The position numbers and the translations under genes were made by a program. The notes beneath the pieces were generated by a model that ran no database searches, was not told where the DNA came from, and was given only the letters and a program-made list of their open reading frames with translations. Source: a virus (taxonomy: Duplodnaviria > Caudoviricetes). From it: a stretch of DNA of 60,212 bases. Positions within the stretch are counted from its first letter, which is position 1, and every line of letters starts with the position of its first letter. The stretch spans positions 1 through 60,212 of IMG/VR virus record IMGVR_UViG_3300007513_000041. One strand, 5' to 3'. This document shows positions 38,600 through 48,986 of the stretch, piece after piece.

Positions 38600-38770
38600 C
38601 AATAAACATAGGTTGCCTACTTATATATAAACTAGATGTTTTGTGCCTAGATAGGCGTGAAAATCTCCCACTAAGTATAGAATCTCTAATTAACGTACCG
38701 AGTGCTTATATCGAAAATCGTGTTTTTTGTCGTTGCAAGGATACAGATTCGAGCATGAATACGAATCGGA

Positions 38771-39118
38771 TTAGGATCGTGTTTTTTTGCGAGATCGCTT
38801 GAGGTTAACAAACCATCTGCGTATTGTATACTTTCTAATGTAAGAAGCAATAACATACCATGCAGTAATCTGTAACATACCGAACAGTTCACCACTCTCA
38901 ATAACATCTATATATAAAGGGAGGATGGTGTAGTTCATCATCGTGGCAATAATACAACCAATAGCAACGTCAAGTGTAACCTCCAACGCAGAGCGTAGTT
39001 TACTGTCTTTCTTACTATTGCCTCTAAACAGTGAAAGTAGACTCATCAAATTCATTGTAAGTGTAGTTATATAAAGGTTGCGAGGATTATGATTTCTTTT
39101 CTTCGACTCTATCCTCAT
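38771..39118 (-). CDS. Two-TM phage membrane protein (start probably internal)
   Basis: SALEVTLDVAIG...YIRKYTIRRWF. Confidence 0.55.
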   Translation of the reverse strand: MRIESKKRNHNPRNLYITTLTMNLMSLLSLFRGNSKKDSKLRSALEVTLDVAIGCIIATMMNYTILPLYIDVIESGELFGMLQITAWYVIASYIRKYTIRRWFVNLKRSRKKTRS

Positions 39119-39425
39119 TATGAGCCTTATATTTAAAACCAGATTGTACCAACGTACCCTGCAGTCTAAACAAACAGCGCTCCAAACCCCTCTTGGAGTG
39201 TTCTCCTATTAATTCATTACAGGCAACACATATCACTTTTTCTATCTGTTTATTTCCGAATGTCATATCATTCGCCTGATCTTATATGAAAATTAGAACA
39301 GCATTTGCATTCGTTTCTAATACATTCAGATTCAAGTCTGTGTCCACATATTCCACAATCACATCCTATTTGTATTACTGCTAATCCTATATCTCCATTT
39401 TCTGTCAATTTATAACCTTCAACTT

Positions 39426-40550
39426 TCATAATATATCTAACAACTCCTTTTCGTATTTTATCCTATCTTCTCTTGTAATATGACTTAATAACTTAGCATA
39501 TAAGTGTTTCTTTTTTTCTTCTCTTTCCTTTAGAAGATGTATTACATCATCTTCTGCTTCCTGTTCTATCTTCTCATCTGGATCACATACAGGGCAAGAC
39601 CTGTCAACTGCATATTCATCTTCACCATCTCCAAGTATTTCGGTAACAATCAATGTGCCTTTGCATGACTCGCATTCTTTTACTCTAAATTTATCATATT
39701 TTGCCTTGTCTTCTTTTACCATCTTCCTATAACCTCCCCCGTCATCTTCCATTCTTCATACAAAGCGTCAGCATTTTCACAGTAATGTTTCTCACAAAAA
39801 CCCATGTATCTGTACATATTATGTAGGTGTTCAATATCCTCTCCACATACCTCGCCATCTTCTAGTTCTGCCTGACATTTCTTTGGTAAACTTAAATCTA
39901 TCATTTTCTGTTCTCCCATTCATATTTACAATCATCACATTTAAACCACTTTTTTACAAGTTTTACATTTTCCTTTAGGCAGTTATGACATTTCATTTAT
40001 GCTCCTCCAACACAGAGGTGTTAATATCACTAATCTTTCCCTTTAATTTTTCAATATCTTCCTTCCCATACATGCTCTTAACATCACTCCAATACCAATA
40101 AAGTAATAACCCTATTCCGACAGGCAAGCAAGCGAATAGGAAGAATATTCCGAAACTAAATACCATTCTGTTTCTCATACATCCCACCATTCCGAATTCT
40201 CGCTCGCGTGTAATACAGCATGTTTTGTAATTTGCTCATGATCTAATGCCGACTGATCGTCTTCAAACTCCTTGTTACAGGTGTAACACAACCAGACAGC
40301 ATCTTTCATATCACTGAATATATGTCACCACATATAAACGTTACACAAAAAACGGCTGCTACGCAGCCTCGTCATCGTCATCAGACCACTTCAGAGCATC
40401 GTCTTCGTGCTTCTGCTCGGACAAGAACGTTAACTTCCAAAACGCGCGTCTGTCTTCTAACGGAATTTTATTTGGTTCATCCCTTGCAAACTTAAATTCA
40501 AACCACTTCATTATTGCTATAAAGTCAGCAGTGTCTAAATCAGTTCCCAT
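39426..40550 (-). other. Cluster of small minus-strand ORFs (39426-39752, 39716-39919, 39993-40190, 40359-40550)
   Basis: CxxC proteins and one TM protein. Confidence 0.55.
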
Positions 40551-40686
40551 GACAAACTATTATTATAGTAGCTTATAAAGTAGTCTAGCTGGTTAGCCTA
40601 AAACCAGACCTCTCTTTCGAGTATGCAGACTCACACCACTAGACATACAGAAGAATACTTATAAGTTAATATATTTATTGTGTTGT

Positions 40687-40793
40687 ATGGTTGACCTTAC
40701 AAAGTTCAAAAAAGAGAAAATACCAAGTAAATCATGCACTTGTGATGCAGAGAATAGAGATATTTACTGCAAGTTACATGGTAGACACGCATA
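40687..40793 (+). CDS. Micro Zn-binding protein
   Basis: MVDLTKF...CTCDAENRDIYCKLHG; TATA upstream. Confidence 0.5.
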
Positions 40794-40849
40794 ACAAAAT
40801 AATAACAAATCCTGACAAAGTTTATAAAGCACTGTAATGTAAGAATGTT

Positions 40850-42802
40850 ATGGGATTTACTGATACAATAAGAGGATTTTTCGGAAAATCTGACGTAATG
40901 AAGGGATATACAGAATCCACATCAAGACCAAGTGTAGCACAACCATATATGAGTACCGATACAGGTGCTAAATTACCAATATTTCCATTCCCACTCATAA
41001 TGATTTATGAGTTAGCAGATAACATTGATGCATTAAGAATACCTATTGAGACTCTAAACAGGGAAATGTTCAAGAATGGATTTGAGATAGTAGAGAGATT
41101 TAAGTATAAATGTGAAAATTGTTCCAAAGAATTTCAATACAAACCAATAGAGGAAAAGGAATTAAAAGCAAGAACTGCAGTCGAAGAGCAAGGCGCAATA
41201 TCGCAGGAAGAACAAATGGAGAGCGACACAACGTCAGAGGCACATGCAGGAGACAAGTTACAATGTGATACATGTGGAAGCAGAAACTTGTTAAGACCAA
41301 TACCAGAACACAGAAAAGTATTAGAAAAATTATTAGATCAACCTATAAACGGAAACAATCAGACTATAGAAGATGTATCAAGAATGCTTGAAAGAGATTT
41401 AGAGATAGCAGACAATGCTTACATGCTACTTTTGAAGAATTATAACTTAGATGATAACACAGGAAATATTAATTGGGATAACACAGAGATAAAAGAATGT
41501 TTGAGAATTGATCCACCACAGGTTGCAATGATTGCAGACAGTGATGGTAGGATAGGTTATGACGATAAAAGAAATAAGGTTTGGGTTTGTCCTAGATTTG
41601 AACATAGAGATAGAAGACTAACAACAGATAGATGTGACAGATGTGGTGCAGAAGCACTTAAAGCAATTTGTGAAGTTAACTCTGTTTATTCTATAGGTAT
41701 ACCACAACCAAAAAGGGTTGTTTACGGTGAAGGTGAAATAATTTGGCGTGCTGGAAAATACAGACCTGCATTAATTTATGGCTACTCACCAATTTATTCA
41801 GTTTGGTCAAAAGCAATGTCTTTGAGCCACATGGATGAATACATTAGAAAGTATTTCGATAAAATGAGACCCCCAAGGGGTATGTTAGTAATTGCTTCAC
41901 GTAATTACGAAACATTCAGAAAATCATGGGATTTATTAGAGCAGAAAGCAACAGAAGACCCTTACATGATACACCCATTACTTGTAGAGAGTGATAAAAC
42001 AGGTAAGAATCTTGCACAATGGCTCGATTTTACAGGATCACTTAAAGAATTAGAGTTTATTGCAGTTAGAAAGGAGTTAAGAATGATTATAGGTGCAATT
42101 TACGGTGTATTGCCTCTCTATTACGGAGAAATGCCTTCTGGATGGTCACAAGAGGGATTACAGGTCACAATAACCAATAGGGCAGTAAAATGGGGTCAAG
42201 AAATACTTTACAAGAGCTTTTTCAAGAAAATAGGCGAAATTTTAGGTGTAAATGATTGGGATTTGAAATTAAAGGAAGGAGAAGAGAATGATAAGTTACA
42301 AGAGCTTCAAACAGACGCTGCAGAACTTGCAAACATGCAACAATTACAAGCTATGGGATTTGAGGTCTCTAGAACTCATACAGGAGACTTTAAGGTGTCA
42401 AAAGACCCTGTTTTTTCAACTAAAGATATGTTAGAGTTACAACTTGGTGGTGGACAGATAGGTGAAGGACAAGAAAAACAAGATCCAGAGAGAACACGAT
42501 TCCAAGGAGAACCTGCAGTACCTAGGTCTTCAGACATTGGTGGAATAGGACAAGGCTCACCTTCAAGTGGAAAAGGAACTTCAATGAGTAAGAAAAACTT
42601 TCCTAGTGGCATAACACCTGTTAATTTTAATGTGGTAAAGAAAACACTGCAAACTGCAGTTGATTTTGGATGGTCAAAGACCAAAACTGTAGATGAGTTA
42701 AGAAAGTTCGGAAGTATGACAGTAAGACAAGCAAGAGAAATAGTTAAAAATGAATTTGAATCAACAAGGAGGTGGGAAGAAAAAGATGGCGAAAAAAAGT
42801 AA
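40850..42802 (+). CDS. Portal protein with Zn-finger insertions
   Basis: DLEIADNAY, YGYSPI, YF..MRPPRGML, IIGAIYGVLP; position before protease and capsid genes. Confidence 0.88.
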   Translation: MGFTDTIRGFFGKSDVMKGYTESTSRPSVAQPYMSTDTGAKLPIFPFPLIMIYELADNIDALRIPIETLNREMFKNGFEIVERFKYKCENCSKEFQYKPIEEKELKARTAVEEQGAISQEEQMESDTTSEAHAGDKLQCDTCGSRNLLRPIPEHRKVLEKLLDQPINGNNQTIEDVSRMLERDLEIADNAYMLLLKNYNLDDNTGNINWDNTEIKECLRIDPPQVAMIADSDGRIGYDDKRNKVWVCPRFEHRDRRLTTDRCDRCGAEALKAICEVNSVYSIGIPQPKRVVYGEGEIIWRAGKYRPALIYGYSPIYSVWSKAMSLSHMDEYIRKYFDKMRPPRGMLVIASRNYETFRKSWDLLEQKATEDPYMIHPLLVESDKTGKNLAQWLDFTGSLKELEFIAVRKELRMIIGAIYGVLPLYYGEMPSGWSQEGLQVTITNRAVKWGQEILYKSFFKKIGEILGVNDWDLKLKEGEENDKLQELQTDAAELANMQQLQAMGFEVSRTHTGDFKVSKDPVFSTKDMLELQLGGGQIGEGQEKQDPERTRFQGEPAVPRSSDIGGIGQGSPSSGKGTSMSKKNFPSGITPVNFNVVKKTLQTAVDFGWSKTKTVDELRKFGSMTVRQAREIVKNEFESTRRWEEKDGEKK

Positions 42803-43088
42803 AAAAGACAGTTTAGAGCATACACATGAAGATGGTGTAAAACATTCACATAAAAACGGTGATAAACCTCACAGTCATGAAATAACATCAGCTACAGTTA
42901 AAGTAAAAAAAGAACTCAAGGTAAAAACACCAAAGAGTGTATATGATCCAGATTACAAGTTAATTGATGATACTATAGAAGATATAAAGAAAGCAAGTAG
43001 AAATGTTTGCACTAATAGTTATTCATCAAATAATGTGTATTTGTTCTTACAGGACTGTTTGAAGAAAATAATATTGGCAGAGAAGTAA
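42786..43088 (+). CDS. Protein with His-rich HxH tract
   Basis: HTHEDGVKHSHKNGDKPHSH. Confidence 0.6.
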   Translation: MAKKSKKDSLEHTHEDGVKHSHKNGDKPHSHEITSATVKVKKELKVKTPKSVYDPDYKLIDDTIEDIKKASRNVCTNSYSSNNVYLFLQDCLKKIILAEK

Positions 43089-43531
43089 TGGCTACTAAGC
43101 TTAATGTAGATACAGGCTCTGACATTGGTAACAAGCTTTGGAAGAGGCATCAAGATGATGAATACACTCATGTTGACAATTATAAGGAAGCAATATGCAT
43201 AGATTGTTTTTCTAGAGACGCTGCTGCAGCAACAATAATGGATATATGTGGAGACTGCGCAGGCAAGCGTGGTAGAGAGCCACTACTGGCAAAAATAACA
43301 GATAAGATGTATGGTCTATGTTTCTTTTGTGGAAAACATAAATTTAATGTAGAGCAGATAAATGCGAGACTGTGTAGGAAGTGTCATAGAAAAGTTGCAG
43401 ATGTAACAAAAAAATACAACAAGAAAGGTGGCATGTTTAAATGTGATCCTTTTTGGAAAAGCCTAAGAAAGAAACATGGTAAGGACTGGCAGTATAGTTT
43501 TACTGATCCTACAAAATCACTTAGAAGATAA
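43088..43531 (+). CDS. Multi-Cys Zn-finger protein
   Basis: Four CxxC pairs. Confidence 0.65.
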   Translation: MATKLNVDTGSDIGNKLWKRHQDDEYTHVDNYKEAICIDCFSRDAAAATIMDICGDCAGKRGREPLLAKITDKMYGLCFFCGKHKFNVEQINARLCRKCHRKVADVTKKYNKKGGMFKCDPFWKSLRKKHGKDWQYSFTDPTKSLRR

Positions 43532-43963
43532 AATAAAATTAATTCTATCAGATGCTAAATCATAATATGCAGTTGGATTTATAATTCTCTTTTTGTTTGG
43601 TCTGTTACCCCAAAACCTATCACACCTAACTTCAAATTTTGGTTTTCCTAAAAACTTTGGATAAAATTCTACTTTGTCTGTTTTAGGATTAAACTTAGTT
43701 TGTCCATCTATAACTTTTATTTCATCTCCTTCTAAAAATTCTTTACAGCTTCCATTTCTAAAATGAACAACTGTTTTTTCTAATCGTGGTGACTCCTTCA
43801 TTTGATTTGTCTCTGTCACAACCCATAGTTTAGCCTCTCCTTTCTTGTTTTCTTTAACGTATAATTCCATTATTTTTATATCATAAAAATGTTCTCCTAC
43901 TCTTCCCTTATATGCATTTTCATAGTCTTGTCTTTTTTCATAGATATAGAATGCAGTTCCCAT
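43517..43963 (-). CDS. Hypothetical protein
   Basis: 148-aa ORF with its own TATA box. Confidence 0.6.
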   Translation of the reverse strand: MGTAFYIYEKRQDYENAYKGRVGEHFYDIKIMELYVKENKKGEAKLWVVTETNQMKESPRLEKTVVHFRNGSCKEFLEGDEIKVIDGQTKFNPKTDKVEFYPKFLGKPKFEVRCDRFWGNRPNKKRIINPTAYYDLASDRINFILSSK

Positions 43964-43999
43964 AAACTTTAATAATATAACCTCTTAATAAATGCTTGT

Positions 44000-44200
44000 A
44001 TGAACATAGATAATAGTTGTAAGAAATGTGAAACAAAGATGTATGGTTATGCAAGAGGAAAACAGATATTTTGGGTATGTTATAAATGTGGATTCTTTCA
44101 AGGCAATAATTTTGACCCATTTCTACTATTGGCAGTACAATCAGAGCCTGAATATCTATTATACCTTATAGAGTCAAAATATCTACAACCTGTACAATAA
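44000..44200 (+). CDS. Zn-ribbon protein
   Basis: CKKC...CYKCG. Confidence 0.6.
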   Translation: MNIDNSCKKCETKMYGYARGKQIFWVCYKCGFFQGNNFDPFLLLAVQSEPEYLLYLIESKYLQPVQ

Positions 44201-44230
44201 ATATAAATATTATACATATATCAACTGTAT

Positions 44231-44455
44231 ATGGTAGAGGAATTTCTTTTAGATAGAATAATGACCAGAATTGACAAATTAGATCAAAAAATAGACGATT
44301 TATGCGATAGAACCACGAAAACAGAAATAAGCATATCTAATCACCTTACGCATGTTACACAGGATGCAGAAAAGAAAGAAAAGAGATTTTACGTTATAAT
44401 AGCTGCCTTGGGAACAATCTTCGCCTCAGTGACCCTTGTACAAAGTATAATTTAA
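44231..44455 (+). CDS. Coiled coil plus C-terminal TM protein (XhlA/holin-like)
   Basis: RIDKLDQKIDDL...FYVIIAALGTIFASVTLV. Confidence 0.55.
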   Translation: MVEEFLLDRIMTRIDKLDQKIDDLCDRTTKTEISISNHLTHVTQDAEKKEKRFYVIIAALGTIFASVTLVQSII

Positions 44456-44493
44456 CATAATCCTTATATCCTAGCATTTTTATCGTATAAGAC

Positions 44494-44763
44494 ATGGTAG
44501 ACCCAACACTTATTACAGTAGGTGCTGCAGTTGTCGGAGCAGGTTTAAACACCCTTAGAGGGTATTTACACACTGAAGACCAATCTTACTCTGCTAAAAA
44601 GCTAGCAGGCGCTCTTATCATCTCTACATTTGCTGCAATAGCAGTAGCACAAACTATAGCTATTGAGTCAGTAGGTTTAGTAGGACTAGCTCTGATAGGA
44701 TTGACTACAGGATTCGCAGCAGACTTCGCTGTAACTAAAGCAAAAAAAGACAGTACAGAGTAG
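44494..44763 (+). CDS. Three-TM holin-like protein
   Basis: Three hydrophobic helices, charged C-terminus. Confidence 0.55.
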   Translation: MVDPTLITVGAAVVGAGLNTLRGYLHTEDQSYSAKKLAGALIISTFAAIAVAQTIAIESVGLVGLALIGLTTGFAADFAVTKAKKDSTE

Positions 44764-44835
44764 TATTATTTTACAAACTACTTTTACCTTTTTTTATAGA
44801 TATCTTTATTAAATATAGAGTATCCTATTTTATAT

Positions 44836-46314
44836 ATGACAGAGGGATATTTCGTAAACAGATTATTGACAAAGGGCTTTGAACCTGTAAATTCTGACGA
44901 AAGATTCTTTGAAGGATACCTCACAGTTGAGATGAAAGACAAACAAGGAGAAGTTACAATAGTTAATGAGTTATATAAGGTGCTACCAGTTTGGATGGAT
45001 AGAGGCGCACCAATTACAGATACACATAGTAATAGGGTAATAGGAAAAGGAATAAATTATGCAAAGGCAGATTTTACAGCACAAGACGGTGAAGTATATC
45101 CAGCCATAAAAGTCACAGGTAAGATTTTTAAAAACTATGATTTGGATAATGAAATTTGGAGAAAGATTAAATCAGGAGAATACAAGGGATTAAGTTTTGG
45201 TGGAGCTACAAAGGCAAATAGGACACCTATGAGAATGAAAGATGGATCTATAGCATATGCATTATCAAACCTTGAACATTATGAAGTTGCAGTATGTAAA
45301 GACCCAGCAGTTCCAATGGCTATAATCACAGATTACAACCCAATAGCCAAATCAGTTTTACATACAGAAAAAAGAGGAGATAAAATGATAGTTAAAACAT
45401 GTGATAATTTTGGATGTTTCATTACAAAACCAATGCCTGACGGAAATGGTGGTAAAGGAAACTTTGATCACTGTGTAAGTGTCAATCAGGATAAGAGAGA
45501 TCCAAGCGCATACTGTGGTCAGATTAAACATGACACAGAAGATTCCAAGAAAGCAGAAGATATAAACAAAGTTCTACCAGTTTCAGATGCCTACATATCT
45601 GGTGGTAAAAAAGGAAGTAAATTTTGTCCTAATTGTGGAAGAGATAATATTAAAGAAGATAAAAAACGAGAACAGGAATATAGGGATTCACATGGAGGAT
45701 CAGCACCTACACTCATGGGTGCAAGTCCAAGAACAGGTGGTTATACTTGTCCTAACTGTCAGAAAAAACCAAAAAGGAATATGCATAGTCCAAGTGGAAC
45801 TGGAAACGAGAAAGGTGCTTATGAGTATCTTACACAGGAAGAGTTTGATGCTAAACAAAAAGCAGATCATTCAAACTCAATGGGAGATCAACATTCTATG
45901 TATAATCAAAATACTGGTAGAGAGACATGGATTGGACAGGGATTACCACAGCCAAAAGTGACAACTATATGCGAACCATCAATGGAAAGTGAGGGTAAAT
46001 GCATTGAACAAGAGAAACCATTAGATGACTCTGGTGGAAGAGCAAAACCACACCATGCTAATTTAGGAGATGATACACCTGCAGGAGTACCAAAGAACGT
46101 AAAAGATGAAAGTAAACTAGATAGAGAAGGAAAACATCAACAAAAAAAGGCATTTTTAGAATATTTGCAGGCAGATTTGAAAAAAGTGGAAGAAGGACAG
46201 TTTGGAGCAGGTCAAAGAGGTCTAGGACATGATAAAGGAAGTGTTCAAGGTAGTGGTGATAGCGCTCAAATTACACCTGTACAAGAAGAAAAGAAACAAC
46301 CAAAATCTATATAA
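44836..46314 (+). CDS. HK97-type prohead protease with long C-terminal extension
   Basis: EGYLT..DKQGE, DTH...IG, IKSGEYKGLSFGG, EVAVCKDPA. Confidence 0.88.
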   Translation: MTEGYFVNRLLTKGFEPVNSDERFFEGYLTVEMKDKQGEVTIVNELYKVLPVWMDRGAPITDTHSNRVIGKGINYAKADFTAQDGEVYPAIKVTGKIFKNYDLDNEIWRKIKSGEYKGLSFGGATKANRTPMRMKDGSIAYALSNLEHYEVAVCKDPAVPMAIITDYNPIAKSVLHTEKRGDKMIVKTCDNFGCFITKPMPDGNGGKGNFDHCVSVNQDKRDPSAYCGQIKHDTEDSKKAEDINKVLPVSDAYISGGKKGSKFCPNCGRDNIKEDKKREQEYRDSHGGSAPTLMGASPRTGGYTCPNCQKKPKRNMHSPSGTGNEKGAYEYLTQEEFDAKQKADHSNSMGDQHSMYNQNTGRETWIGQGLPQPKVTTICEPSMESEGKCIEQEKPLDDSGGRAKPHHANLGDDTPAGVPKNVKDESKLDREGKHQQKKAFLEYLQADLKKVEEGQFGAGQRGLGHDKGSVQGSGDSAQITPVQEEKKQPKSI

Positions 46315-46341
46315 ACCCCACATATAAAGGAATAGTACATT

Positions 46342-46965
46342 ATGGCAGACGAAGAAAAACCAAAATTCGAAGAAAGCTCTAATGACGAAGAAGAGACGGA
46401 AGCAAAAGAAGAGAGTTCTGAAGAATCACAACGTGAAGATTCAGAAAAATCATTCGTAGAAGCAGTCAAATCAACATTCGGAGACATATCTGAGCAATTA
46501 AGCACAGTAGTTGACTCCCAAAAAAGTATCATTGATGCTGTAACCTCTATTAATACTAGAGTTAAAGCACTTGAAAAACCAACAGACTTGGCTTTGAGTC
46601 CAAAAGGAACTCAAGGTGGAGACGATGTTGGAGCTTCAGTAAAAGTTCCTGAAGAACCTTATCCACAAGGTCAGCAAGCCAAACTGGATGATGACGGAAA
46701 GGAAACAACCAATGATCAGTCAAAACTGTCAATTCAGGGTGCTATAGGCAAATCTGAATTAGTTGCAAAGTCTGAACACTCATTTACTACAGAAACTCCA
46801 AGACCAAACGCAGCCTTGGAAACAGTAGATAAATCTGCATCTGACCTCAGTCCAATACTGAAAGATGCAAGAGAAGCTGGTTTTGAGTCACTTTCAACAG
46901 TAGCTCAAAATATTCTGAAAGGTAAATATTACCAACCAAACGCAGACGAGGTAGGTAGATACTAA
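46342..46965 (+). CDS. Scaffolding protein
   Basis: Acidic N-terminus, coiled coil, directly upstream of the capsid gene. Confidence 0.7.
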   Translation: MADEEKPKFEESSNDEEETEAKEESSEESQREDSEKSFVEAVKSTFGDISEQLSTVVDSQKSIIDAVTSINTRVKALEKPTDLALSPKGTQGGDDVGASVKVPEEPYPQGQQAKLDDDGKETTNDQSKLSIQGAIGKSELVAKSEHSFTTETPRPNAALETVDKSASDLSPILKDAREAGFESLSTVAQNILKGKYYQPNADEVGRY

Positions 46966-48179
46966 TGGTTCAGATAAAAACTATTGACGAATTAGAAGCA
47001 CTGTATTACGGATACAATAGAAACCTTTTGAGAAAAGCTGATGCACCAGCAACAACCTCCACAGCAGGCGTTTTCAACGCAATCTTTGGAGCATATGCAT
47101 GGGCGCAACTTAACTTAGAAGCAAACGCATTCGGTATTTTACCCAAGTATCCTTGGGATAAATCTGGATGGAGGGTTATTACTGCAAAACCTGTGCTAAA
47201 CACTACAAATGCTAACACAGCATTAGGTGGTACAGCAGAAGGTGGACTCATTGCTGAAACAGTGAAGCCAACACTCCAAGAAATAGATGTTAGACCAAAG
47301 ACAGCACAACTGCCTTTCTCAGCATCAGAAGTAATGGAATGGTTAGCAACACACAGCAAAGACGACATTTGGGGTGGACTTGGTTCACTTCGATTGTATA
47401 TGGCAGTACAACACAAAGAATTCCTTAACAGGATGCTCTTAGCAGACGTTGAAGGTAACGTATCTTCAGGTGCATTCGGTGGTACAACCGATTTCGAGTC
47501 ACTTGATAGAATTGTTTCATCTAACGCAGAAGAAACTGCATTAGGAGGAAGTGGCAGTGGGGAATATGACCCTTGGGCTGCTAACGCAACCATCGACAGA
47601 GACTCTAGCTCAGCATTCGATTGTACAGTTGAAAGTGCCAGTGGCACTATCGGTACAAACGGTGTTTTGACAGACGACACTTTACGAACTTTCCTTAGAA
47701 AGATTCGTATCGCTGCAGGTAAAGACCCAAACGTGTTCTTAGGCTCTCACGAAGTATACTCCGAGATACAAGGTCTATATATGCCTTCAGTCCGTATTCC
47801 AAACCCATACGGTGAAAGCTTAGTACAGATTGATGTAAACGGAATCCAGACCTTTAAGGGAACTGGCGTTGGTATACATGTGGACTCCATTTATGGAATT
47901 CCATTCATTCCAAGCAAAGATGCACCAAGCGATGCTGGCGATTCAAGTGAAATCGGCAGATTATTTGCATTTGATACATCTGATGCAGAGGGATATGGTT
48001 ATCCAAGAATTGGAATTCAGATCGCAATCCCAACAGAATACTACGAAGCTACTCGCAGAAGTCCAGCATATCCATTTGTCAACAATGCATTTGTTGAGAA
48101 AGGTGTATTCAGGACAATGGGAGAAACTGTCTGTAGACACTTCAAGTCACAGGGAAAAATAAGAGATATAAAACTTTAG
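46965..48179 (+). CDS. Major capsid protein (HK97 fold)
   Basis: Size, position, strong codon bias, archaeal-virus capsid-like N-terminus (TIDELEALYYG...AWAQLNLEANAFGILPKYPWDKSGWR). Confidence 0.88.
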   Translation: MVQIKTIDELEALYYGYNRNLLRKADAPATTSTAGVFNAIFGAYAWAQLNLEANAFGILPKYPWDKSGWRVITAKPVLNTTNANTALGGTAEGGLIAETVKPTLQEIDVRPKTAQLPFSASEVMEWLATHSKDDIWGGLGSLRLYMAVQHKEFLNRMLLADVEGNVSSGAFGGTTDFESLDRIVSSNAEETALGGSGSGEYDPWAANATIDRDSSSAFDCTVESASGTIGTNGVLTDDTLRTFLRKIRIAAGKDPNVFLGSHEVYSEIQGLYMPSVRIPNPYGESLVQIDVNGIQTFKGTGVGIHVDSIYGIPFIPSKDAPSDAGDSSEIGRLFAFDTSDAEGYGYPRIGIQIAIPTEYYEATRRSPAYPFVNNAFVEKGVFRTMGETVCRHFKSQGKIRDIKL

Positions 48180-48197
48180 AATTTTATATCCAAAATC

Positions 48198-48213
48198 TTT
48201 TTTTTTATTTTTT
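48198..48213 (+). terminator. Oligo-T terminator after capsid gene
   Basis: Long T-runs after the stop. Confidence 0.65.
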
Positions 48214-48247
48214 AATCTTTATATATAGGGAGGTGCTACAGTTTTAT

Positions 48248-48610
48248 ATGGCAATAACAATCAGTACATCCGATTGGACAGGTGCTAACGTGAGAAAAAC
48301 ACTCTCATGGCAAGCTGCTTTGACTTCAAAGTTGCGAGTATATGCTGTCAAAGTTACCTTTGGTAGTGGAGACAACTATGCGACTGGTGGTGTTTCTGTC
48401 GACTTGAAACAAGGTCGAAGAGTAAAAACACTAGTAGCAGTAATTCCGACTTATACGGACTCGCTAAGAGAAGTAGTATACGACAAAGCAACAGAAAAGA
48501 TTAAACTCTACGATGTAGGTGGTTCAGCAACAACACCATTTACAGAGACACCAAACACAAGCTCTGCTTGTGCGTCTAAAGTATTCGAGTTTCTAGTCAT
48601 AGGCTACTAG
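48248..48610 (+). CDS. Probable head decoration/minor capsid protein
   Basis: GDNYATGG motif; own TATA box (TTTATATATA at ~48218) and T-run terminator. Confidence 0.55.
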   Translation: MAITISTSDWTGANVRKTLSWQAALTSKLRVYAVKVTFGSGDNYATGGVSVDLKQGRRVKTLVAVIPTYTDSLREVVYDKATEKIKLYDVGGSATTPFTETPNTSSACASKVFEFLVIGY

Positions 48611-48676
48611 AGTCCAAAAACAGCCCTTTTTTTTTCTTAAAATACTAATAAAGTTTATAAGGTATTAATATATTGA

Positions 48677-48952
48677 ATGTATATGGTAGAACTAAATCAC
48701 AGTGTAAAATCATTCAATTCTGACACACTCATAAAAGGTGGTCATGGGGTAATTGTAGGTGTTTTTGTGACAAAAGTGGGTTCTGGTTCTGATAAGGTAG
48801 TATTCAAGAATGGAACTGACTCAAGTGGATCAACAGAGTTTACCATATTTACAGCAACACAGGGAACATATGTACAGATAAACAGAAGATTTGAAGATGG
48901 TATATATGCAGACTGTACAGGAAGTGCAGAAATAACAGTTGTTTTCAAGTAA
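48677..48952 (+). CDS. Small beta-rich virion protein
   Basis: ...RFEDGIYAD...; structural-gene context. Confidence 0.5.
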   Translation: MYMVELNHSVKSFNSDTLIKGGHGVIVGVFVTKVGSGSDKVVFKNGTDSSGSTEFTIFTATQGTYVQINRRFEDGIYADCTGSAEITVVFK

Positions 48953-48986
48953 TCAAATTTAAATACAAACAAGTTTATAATTATAT

